Below are positions 10,791 through 17,627 of a stretch of 64,000 nt of DNA, piece by piece. The stretch is from positions 35,925-99,924 of the forward strand of contig JAHRWD010000087.1 of NCBI GenBank assembly GCA_019090315.1, written 5' to 3'. The stretch's first letter is position 1; each line of letters starts with the position of its first letter. Source of the stretch: Pseudomonadales bacterium (GTDB taxonomy: Bacteria > Pseudomonadota > Gammaproteobacteria > Pseudomonadales > JAHRWD01). Below the pieces are notes generated by a model. The model was not told the DNA's origin and made no database searches. It was given only the letters and a program-made list of their open reading frames with translations. Position numbers and translations under genes: made by a program.

Positions 10791-10924
10791 GGGTTAATGG
10801 TACATTCTGTTTAATTGGTTTTGCGGTAGTCAGCATCATACAGCGATTCAAACTTCGTATAATTCAGCGGGTTCGTGGTCAGCAGTGACCGTTAAGGAGG
10901 CTCTGATTAAGCAACAATCCGTCG

Positions 10925-11668
10925 TCAGTAGATCTTTCGTTTAATTTCCATCACATTTCCAGCCCGATTGAGACGGCGGTTTGGCAACAGAATAAGGTTG
11001 CCCATCTCCTGCTTTACCTCAACACCTAGCCAGCCATCAGGCTGAAGCCTGATCACACTAATCGGCTCGCTCATTCCATGTTTGACAACATTCAGTACCA
11101 GCGTGCCCTCTGAAGCGGACAACAGGCCCGTCAGCTCAGGCATTTGAACCGTTTTCGTACCCGATGAAGTATAGCTTACGCGGCCACCCTTCCATATTAC
11201 AGCCCCGCCAGCATCGGAAAATTGAGTATCGTTCATGGAAACCGACAGGGATTCAACCACGATATCCTGATTGATGCGGATACCAAACTCGGCCAGCTGA
11301 CGATTCACCAGATCCTTACTGATCTTCCCGTTTACCTGAACCCTGCCGCTCGCTTCACCCTCGGCATCCGCTTTAATCCACAGATCGTGGTCAGCATCAT
11401 GAACATGAAGGACCAATCCGTACCCACCAAAGAGCCTACCAATTGGTGCAAGTTCCCAATTGACCGTGCTTTTCAATGACCCATCGGTAATGGTTGATTG
11501 CCCGCTCCATACAGAACCCTCAACCTCACCGATCATTTCTGCTAGTTTTGGAGGCAACTGCGAGCGCAGCCTTTCAAATGCAATTGATGCAGGGAAATTG
11601 GCCAGCAGACCGGCAGAAAAAGCCACCGCGACCGAAAAAGCGCATATCAGCCAGTGCTTTCTATCCAT
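10925..11668 (-). CDS. gspN: Type II secretion protein N-like
   Basis: N-terminal TM, then a pattern typical of the GspN family (GEVEGSVWSGQSTI...VNWELAPIGRLFGGYGL). Starts at the internal ATG MDRKHW; the ORF-track start at 11704 is a TTG. The position upstream of gspC is atypical. Confidence 0.55.
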   Translation of the reverse strand: MDRKHWLICAFSVAVAFSAGLLANFPASIAFERLRSQLPPKLAEMIGEVEGSVWSGQSTITDGSLKSTVNWELAPIGRLFGGYGLVLHVHDADHDLWIKADAEGEASGRVQVNGKISKDLVNRQLAEFGIRINQDIVVESLSVSMNDTQFSDAGGAVIWKGGRVSYTSSGTKTVQMPELTGLLSASEGTLVLNVVKHGMSEPISVIRLQPDGWLGVEVKQEMGNLILLPNRRLNRAGNVMEIKRKIY

Positions 11669-11832
11669 GTTTACAGCTATTAAAATTTGGTTTTTCCATA
11701 CCAAAGAGTATACAACGAGAACCCCGTTGTTGCGTATCCTCCGTCGCTCAATCGGTCATGGAATACCCTAGCCGCCACATTCATCGCTGGAACAACCCTG
11801 ATATAAATATCTATCGGTACTAAGTCTGAGCG

Positions 11833-12288
11833 ATGGTCCATGTTTGGCGTGTTAGTATCCTGATACGAGGACGAGTGGTCCCGCTTAACAACGCTGCTAG
11901 GTACACGAATGAACGGTCGAGCAGAGGAGATGACTTGAAAATCAGTAAGACTACCAGAATCATTGTTGGCGTTATCAGCTTCTTTTGTGCCTTAATTTTC
12001 TTGTTGTGGGCCTCTGATGCTCCTAATGAGTGGTACATAAATTACCTTCCTGCCGCATTTTGTTTTTTGGTAGTAGGAGCTTGTTTCCTGCCAAAAATAG
12101 CGAGGGGATTTTGTGGAGATGTAATTTCAATATGTATAATAATATTGGCAGTGTGGTATTTGGCAAAATCATTGCCAAGTCCAGAGCCAGCGGACAACCC
12201 CTTAAAGTTTGCTTTTTTATATGGTGGTATTTCAGTGACATATTTAATAGGACGCTATAAACATGTTTTTAGTAAAAAAAGCACCTAA
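11833..12288 (+). CDS. Hypothetical small membrane protein (AT-rich islet)
   Basis: The ORF contains 3-4 hydrophobic segments (IIVGVISFFCALIFLLW, AAFCFLVVGACFL, ISICIIILAVWYL). I recognise no family, and the start is uncertain. Confidence 0.3.
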   Translation: MVHVWRVSILIRGRVVPLNNAARYTNERSSRGDDLKISKTTRIIVGVISFFCALIFLLWASDAPNEWYINYLPAAFCFLVVGACFLPKIARGFCGDVISICIIILAVWYLAKSLPSPEPADNPLKFAFLYGGISVTYLIGRYKHVFSKKST

Positions 12289-12378
12289 CAAGCGACTGTG
12301 GTGTCAATCACCCCAATAAATAAAATGAAGTTATTCGATCGACCACACTTTATTGTCCCGTACCATCGCATTTAACGC

Positions 12379-12430
12379 GTAACGCACGTAACGGGGTCGG
12401 TAACGGGGTCGTAGCGGTAACGGGGTCGGG
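12379..12430. repeat. Short tandem repeat GTAACGGGGTC (3 good copies plus a degenerate one)
   Basis: Read directly: gtaacgcac-gtaacggggtc-g-gtaacggggtc-gtagc-ggtaacggggtc-ggg. It lies in the intergenic region downstream of glpK. Confidence 0.8.
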
Positions 12431-12551
12431 TCTTGCAATCACGCATCAAATACTTGGTTAGTACCGTAAAATACCGGAGCGTAGCGATAAAAATAGCCGG
12501 TCCGCCGCCTAAAAAGCCTACCAAAACTCTTGATTGCGAGACCTGAGGTTC

Positions 12552-14027
12552 TTACGCTCCAAGCAAACGTCCAACCGCTGCCTTCCAGTCGCTGTGCAAC
12601 TCTTTGCGGATTGCTGAATCCATAGTTGGATCGTAGCGTCGCTCGCACTGCCAGGCTTTTTCGATATCGTCTAATCCTTCATAGACACCGGCCTGTAGCC
12701 CTGCGAGATAAGCGACACCGATGGCAGTCGTTTCTGTACTTTTTGGAATTTCGACCGGTTTCCCCAACATATCCGCCAGGAACTGGCAGACAAATCCATT
12801 GTTCATCAACCCGCCATCGGCACGGACTATTTCAGGATCATGGTGAGAATCAGCCTGCATCGCCTCGATCAAATCCAGTGTTTGATAGGCCTGGGCCTCA
12901 AGCGCAGCACGGGTGATATGTGCTGCGGTGCTATCGCGAGTCAAACCGGTAATACTGGCGCGGGCGTGGGGGTCCCAATGCGGTGCACCCAGCCCGGTAA
13001 AGGCGGGTACAAAATAGACGCCGTTATTGTTTTCAACTGACATAGCCAACGCCTCACTTTGCGCGGCATCTTCAAATAATCCAAGTCCATCCCGCAACCA
13101 TTGCACCGCCGCTCCCGCCACAAATATAGAGCCTTCGACGGCGTAGGTTACTTTTCCATTCAGGCGGTAGGCGATGGTTGTCAAAAGGCGCGATTTTGAT
13201 TCACGGAAGGTATCGCCAATATTCATCAGGGTAAAGCACCCTGTTCCATAAGTTGACTTCACCATGCCATCCTCAAAGCAGGCCTGGCCAATTAACGCTG
13301 CTTGCTGGTCCCCCGCCATGCCGCCAATGGGAATCTGCCTGCCAAGCGTATTTTTTGAGGTACAGCCGAAATCGCTGACATTATCTTTAACGACCGGCAG
13401 CAGCGCTTCAGGAATATCGAACAGTGCTAACAGTTTTTCATCCCAGCTTTGTGTACCAATATTAAACAACATCGTGCGTGAGGCGTTGGTGGCATCTGTG
13501 GCGTGGACGGCACCCTCGGTCAGATTCCACAGCAACCAACTATCAACCGTTCCAAATGCCAGCTCTCCGGCTTGCGCCTGTTCGCGCGCGCCCTCAATAT
13601 TGTCGAGTATCCAGTGGATTTTTGATGCTGAGAAATAGGGATCAAGCAACAGGCCTGTGCGTGTGTGGACCATCGCCTCATGGCCAGCATCTTTTAATTT
13701 CTGGCAGAAATCAGCGGTGCGCCGATCTTGCCAGACGATGGCATTGTAGATCGGCTTACCCGTCGTCCGGTTCCAGATAATGGTGGTTTCGCGTTGGTTA
13801 GCTATGCCGACAGAAGCGACATTATCTGCGCCTTCAAGAGCTCCCCGGCAAGCCCAGAGTGTATCCTGCCAGATATCATCGGGCTTCTGCTCAACCCAGC
13901 CTTTGTGAGGGTGATAGAGCTTTAGCTCTTTTTGCTTTGCCGCAATAACATCGCCATGTTTTGAAAAAAGAATGGCGCGAGAACTGGTGGTTCCCTGGTC
14001 TATGGCGAGTATGGTTGGTTCGCTCAT
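12552..14027 (-). CDS. glpK: Glycerol kinase
   Basis: Typical GlpK N-terminus ILAIDQGTTSSRAILF. FGGY-family motifs run throughout (GCFTLMN, GGMAGDQQAALIGQ). The start was trimmed to MSEPT at 14027. Confidence 0.95.
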   Translation of the reverse strand: MSEPTILAIDQGTTSSRAILFSKHGDVIAAKQKELKLYHPHKGWVEQKPDDIWQDTLWACRGALEGADNVASVGIANQRETTIIWNRTTGKPIYNAIVWQDRRTADFCQKLKDAGHEAMVHTRTGLLLDPYFSASKIHWILDNIEGAREQAQAGELAFGTVDSWLLWNLTEGAVHATDATNASRTMLFNIGTQSWDEKLLALFDIPEALLPVVKDNVSDFGCTSKNTLGRQIPIGGMAGDQQAALIGQACFEDGMVKSTYGTGCFTLMNIGDTFRESKSRLLTTIAYRLNGKVTYAVEGSIFVAGAAVQWLRDGLGLFEDAAQSEALAMSVENNNGVYFVPAFTGLGAPHWDPHARASITGLTRDSTAAHITRAALEAQAYQTLDLIEAMQADSHHDPEIVRADGGLMNNGFVCQFLADMLGKPVEIPKSTETTAIGVAYLAGLQAGVYEGLDDIEKAWQCERRYDPTMDSAIRKELHSDWKAAVGRLLGA

Positions 14028-14158
14028 GCGGTGGTTGCACTCATTATGCGTATTTATGCGTTTTTGATCTGTGGCATTGATGATCAATAATGATTGGTTA
14101 GCTTAATACTGAACGTGCTTACCAACGGTTGGAGCTGGCGGAAATATACTGGCAAGAT

Positions 14159-14187
14159 CAAGCTAAAAGGTAATACCTTTTAGCTTG
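14159..14187. other. Perfect 13-bp-stem palindrome (caagctaaaaggt-aat-accttttagcttg)
   Basis: Read directly. It lies between the DUF35 gene stop (14276) and the glpK start (14027). It could be a terminator hairpin or an operator. Confidence 0.6.
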
Positions 14188-14275
14188 GCTGCATCTACTG
14201 CATTCTTAAATTCATGATTACAGAACAGGCCTTCTCGCAAGGAACCTCCCACAAATCATTCATCCGTCCCTCTAT

Positions 14276-14797
14276 TTACTCGTAAATATAACGCCAGGGC
14301 TTATCCGGCTGCGCCGCATCTTCATCAATGGTGAAGTGGGGCATGGATAATCCATCCGCAACATCTTTAAACACCATTTTTACACGGGTTCCGATGCCGA
14401 CCTCTTTCACCAATTCAGGAGTTGCTAAATCGCCATTGGCATCGGTCAGATTAGCGACGATGCGTAATGACTCATGCTCGGTAGGGTGGTCGCGCTGGGT
14501 ATCCAGTTCTACCAGCAATACCAGGTATGGAAGATGTGCTTTAAACGCTGGTTGAATAGCGTGTGCAACCTCTTCATAGGAGTACACCACACCTTTACCT
14601 TCGACCGGCTTCCAGCTGGATTCCAGACAGGAGCACCAGGGGCAGGCGGCGGTGGGCGGGTACCTTAGCAAATCGCATTCGTTGCAGGCTTGCAGATGAT
14701 AATCGTGGTCGGCGCAATGTTGGAAATAGGCCAGATTTTCTTGATCCAGTTCAGTGATTTCAACCGGCATTCCGAGATAAGTTGCTTCAACAGACAT
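14276..14797 (-). CDS. Zn-ribbon/OB-fold protein (DUF35 family, thiolase partner)
   Basis: 173 aa with a Cys4 ribbon (CNECDLLRYPPTAACPWC) followed by an OB-like region. Sits immediately downstream of a thiolase-like gene, which is the usual pairing. Confidence 0.75.
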   Translation of the reverse strand: MSVEATYLGMPVEITELDQENLAYFQHCADHDYHLQACNECDLLRYPPTAACPWCSCLESSWKPVEGKGVVYSYEEVAHAIQPAFKAHLPYLVLLVELDTQRDHPTEHESLRIVANLTDANGDLATPELVKEVGIGTRVKMVFKDVADGLSMPHFTIDEDAAQPDKPWRYIYE

Positions 14798-14830
14798 ATT
14801 TATTCTCCTTTTATTATTTGCTTCGACCGA

Positions 14831-16075
14831 TTAGCTCAGCTGGTTGCCCATGACGAGGGATGAACCGGTTCCGGGCATAGCCCAGCCCAGGTTGGCGGTT
14901 AGTTCGACTTTTTTCTGTTGGCGGCAACCGCCCTCGCGATAATCATAGGTATGCTGCCGTTTGCCATCTGGCCCTATCGGACAGCTATCATCTACGTCGT
15001 GGCGAAGCTGGCGTACATTTTCAATCACCATGGCGATACCGTGGGTGTATCCCTCACATAGATGACCGCCACTGGTATTGTTGGGCCGTTTGCCCCCAAG
15101 CCTTGTGGTGCCGTTGCTGACATATTCACCACCCCCACCTTTTTCGCAGAAGCCGTAATCTTCTAGCTGCAGCAGAGTGGTAAAGGTGAATGCATCATAG
15201 GAGCCGGTCACGTCAATATCTTCAGGCCCCACTCCGGCGTTAGGCCAGAGTATGTCTTTTCCGTAGTAGCCTGCGGTTCGGGTTATCGGGCCTGCCTGAT
15301 AGTGCATATCCGAGCGTGGCTTACAGACTCTGCCAACCACTGATTTGATATACGCTGGAGGATTTTTGCAGTCCTTGGCACGGTCGGCACGGGTAACAAT
15401 AATGGCGGTAGCATTGTCGGTTTCAACACAGCAATCCAGCAGGTGACAGGGCTTCACGATCATACGGCTATTGAGCACATCGTCGACCGAAACCCGTTGA
15501 TTGTAATAGGCTTTAGGGTTGTTGGAGGCGTGCTCGCTATGTACCACTTTAACCATCGCAATCTGCTCTGGAGTAGTACCGTACTCGTACATGTGGCGCA
15601 TAAAGGTATGACTGAACATCTGCGCTGCACTGGCCAGGCCATTGCCACGACTGTGCAGCTGGTCACCGGTGATCGGTGCCATCGAACGTTTGCCTGTACC
15701 GCCAATACGAACCTCGGAAAAACCATTCATCGATCGGTAGATCGCTACGGTGTTACACATACCCGCTTCGATTACGCCGATGGCAATACCGATCAGCGCC
15801 TCCGTGCTGGAACCACCGCCGAACACATCCATATAGAAATCAAGACGAATGCCCAAGTCGCCCGCGATAGTCGGCGCAAAGGTAGAATCTCCGGATGAGT
15901 AGGAGAGCATGCCATCGACTTCGCTGGCATCTAACCCCGCATCATCCATTGCATTTTTTACCGCCTCTACCCCCATTGATCGGGTGGTACGGCCACTTCC
16001 CCTTGTGTAGGGGGTTTCGCCTACTCCTACAATTGCGTATTTATCCCGGAGATGTTTTGCGGTTGTTGTATCCAT
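14831..16075 (-). CDS. Thiolase-like protein (SCP-x / lipid-transfer type)
   Basis: 414 aa. N-terminus (YAIVGVGETPYTRGSG) and C-terminal region (NTSGGHLCEGYTHG) are typical of non-specific lipid-transfer/thiolase family proteins. Confidence 0.8.
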   Translation of the reverse strand: MDTTTAKHLRDKYAIVGVGETPYTRGSGRTTRSMGVEAVKNAMDDAGLDASEVDGMLSYSSGDSTFAPTIAGDLGIRLDFYMDVFGGGSSTEALIGIAIGVIEAGMCNTVAIYRSMNGFSEVRIGGTGKRSMAPITGDQLHSRGNGLASAAQMFSHTFMRHMYEYGTTPEQIAMVKVVHSEHASNNPKAYYNQRVSVDDVLNSRMIVKPCHLLDCCVETDNATAIIVTRADRAKDCKNPPAYIKSVVGRVCKPRSDMHYQAGPITRTAGYYGKDILWPNAGVGPEDIDVTGSYDAFTFTTLLQLEDYGFCEKGGGGEYVSNGTTRLGGKRPNNTSGGHLCEGYTHGIAMVIENVRQLRHDVDDSCPIGPDGKRQHTYDYREGGCRQQKKVELTANLGWAMPGTGSSLVMGNQLS

Positions 16076-16223
16076 CGTCTTTCTCCCTTAGTTATTATTT
16101 TGGGTGATATGAAAATGGGAGCGGCTGATAATTGATGCACTTCCATTGGATAGAATCGATAAGGCCTCGCTACAAAAACCAGCATAGGGTAAATATCACT
16201 CCCAATACAAGGGCTTGTCTCGC

Positions 16224-16335
16224 CCGATGGAATCGATGGTAATCGATGGGGTGGTAATCGATGGGGTGGTAATCGATGGGGTTGGTAATCGATGGGAATC
16301 GAGGAATCGATGGGAATCGATGGGGTCGAATCGAT
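16224..16335. repeat. Tandem array of AATCGATGG(G/GG) units (at least 8 copies plus variants)
   Basis: Read directly. The units are 9-15 nt apart and the last unit runs straight into the left inverted repeat of the RAYT element. Confidence 0.85.
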
Positions 16336-17135
16336 GGGGTCAGACTCGATTGATTTAACCCTTCCGGTAGCTTTCCGACTTTCGATCCCCTCCCCTTAGC
16401 CTTGGGGACACGGGTCGCTTTAATTTTCGCTCGATTTCATCCTTAAAGTGGCTGCTCCCCAGCACCCAGGCTTTATTGGTTGATTCCCTTATTTCCGTTA
16501 ACGTTTTCTCAGCAATACGAGCTTTGAACAAGGCTCTGTACGCACTCTGTCGTTCTTCCGGGGTTTTGCCCAGTTTTATGTATTCTGGATGAGGTACCAC
16601 CAGGGGATCTGGTTCTCCCACCGCATTGTGGCGATAACTCGACCAGGGGTATTCAGAGGGGTGATCTACCATATCCTCTGCACGAACCGGGTTTAACTCA
16701 ATATATCGATAACAGGTCAGCAGGTAGCGTTCCGAGTCAATCAATGTGGCTTTGTAACGGCCTTCCCAGAGAGTGCCGGTACGTTGGTAGGTATGATTAA
16801 AATACTGGACATAATAACGCCCGAGCATTTGAAGCGATTTGCTGATCCCATCTTCGGTACGGGGAGTCATCAGCAGATGAACATGATTTGTCATCAGTAC
16901 GTAGGCATGAAGGTCGCACTGGTGTTTTTCGCAAGCTTGTTCGAGTTTTTCCAGGTAAAAGCGATAATCCTCTTCTCCATAGAAAATAGGTTCGCGGTTA
17001 TTGCCTCGCACGATTACATGCTGAGGCTGACCGGGAATGACAAAACGGGGGAGACGAGCCATGGCTTAATCTTCGAAATGAGAGACGCGGGTAGCGTACT
17101 CGACGGGACGGATAAAATCAATCGAGTCTGACCCC
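16336..17135 (-). mobile_element. RAYT unit: REP-associated tyrosine transposase gene flanked by a perfect 19-bp inverted repeat
   Basis: Left arm ggggtcagactcgattgat (16336-16354). Right arm atcaatcgagtctgacccc (17117-17135). The two are exact reverse complements and bracket the IS200/Y1-like ORF. Confidence 0.85.
16355..17062 (-). CDS. REP-associated tyrosine transposase (IS200/IS605 Y1-like, RAYT)
   Basis: 235 aa. The N-terminus MARLPRFVIPGQPQHVIVRGNNREPIF and the HUH-type motif LMTNHVHLLMTP match the COG1943/RAYT family. Confidence 0.88.
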   Translation of the reverse strand: MARLPRFVIPGQPQHVIVRGNNREPIFYGEEDYRFYLEKLEQACEKHQCDLHAYVLMTNHVHLLMTPRTEDGISKSLQMLGRYYVQYFNHTYQRTGTLWEGRYKATLIDSERYLLTCYRYIELNPVRAEDMVDHPSEYPWSSYRHNAVGEPDPLVVPHPEYIKLGKTPEERQSAYRALFKARIAEKTLTEIRESTNKAWVLGSSHFKDEIERKLKRPVSPRLRGGDRKSESYRKG

Positions 17136-17627
17136 ATTGACTCCACATAAACCTTGACTTTCAGCCATGTCTATCCAGTTAGCAGTCATATAGTTTGAAT
17201 ATTCTCCTTTCTGAAGATCCACCAATGCACAAATTGCATCCATATAGTTATTCGATGCGGCTCCCTCTAGATATTGAATAGATAGAGAGGGTGATCGAAC
17301 ATATCTGAAGCTCCCCTCCAACATAAAACTGGCAACTAAGTATTGCGCCTCTGAAAACCCACCATCAGCGCTTTTTAAGTACCATCTTTTCGATTGAATA
17401 TAGTCTTTGCCTATGCCTTTACCCCAGAAGAAAGCCTCGCCTAACAAATATTGTGCTTCGTGATCTCCTTCTTTCGAAGCTAATATAATACCTCCAATCT
17501 TTGAATAATCACCGCTTCGAAAAAGAAATTTTGCGATCTCAGCCTCATCTGCCCCTCCTCCTAGTGAGAATTGACTAAAACACAACACAGAGAGCAATAC
17601 ATAAAGAAGAATCATCTTATTGGTCAT
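17118..17627 (-). CDS. Sel1-repeat periplasmic protein, candidate immunity protein for the upstream RHS toxin
   Basis: Signal peptide MTNKMILLYVLLSVLCFSQFSLG. Sel1-like repeats are present (EAQYLLGEAFFWGKGIGKDYIQSKRWYLKSADGGFSEAQYLVA). Its ATG lies inside the last codons of the toxin gene (11-nt overlap, 17617-17627). Confidence 0.7.
   Translation of the reverse strand: MTNKMILLYVLLSVLCFSQFSLGGGADEAEIAKFLFRSGDYSKIGGIILASKEGDHEAQYLLGEAFFWGKGIGKDYIQSKRWYLKSADGGFSEAQYLVASFMLEGSFRYVRSPSLSIQYLEGAASNNYMDAICALVDLQKGEYSNYMTANWIDMAESQGLCGVNGVRLD

Noticed and set aside
16224-16335. Whether the AATCGATGG array (and the 12379-12430 array) could be a CRISPR.
   Set aside because: The units are only 9-15 nt apart with no unique spacers of CRISPR length, and there are no cas genes in the window. 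The arrays are better explained as REP-related micro-tandem repeats.
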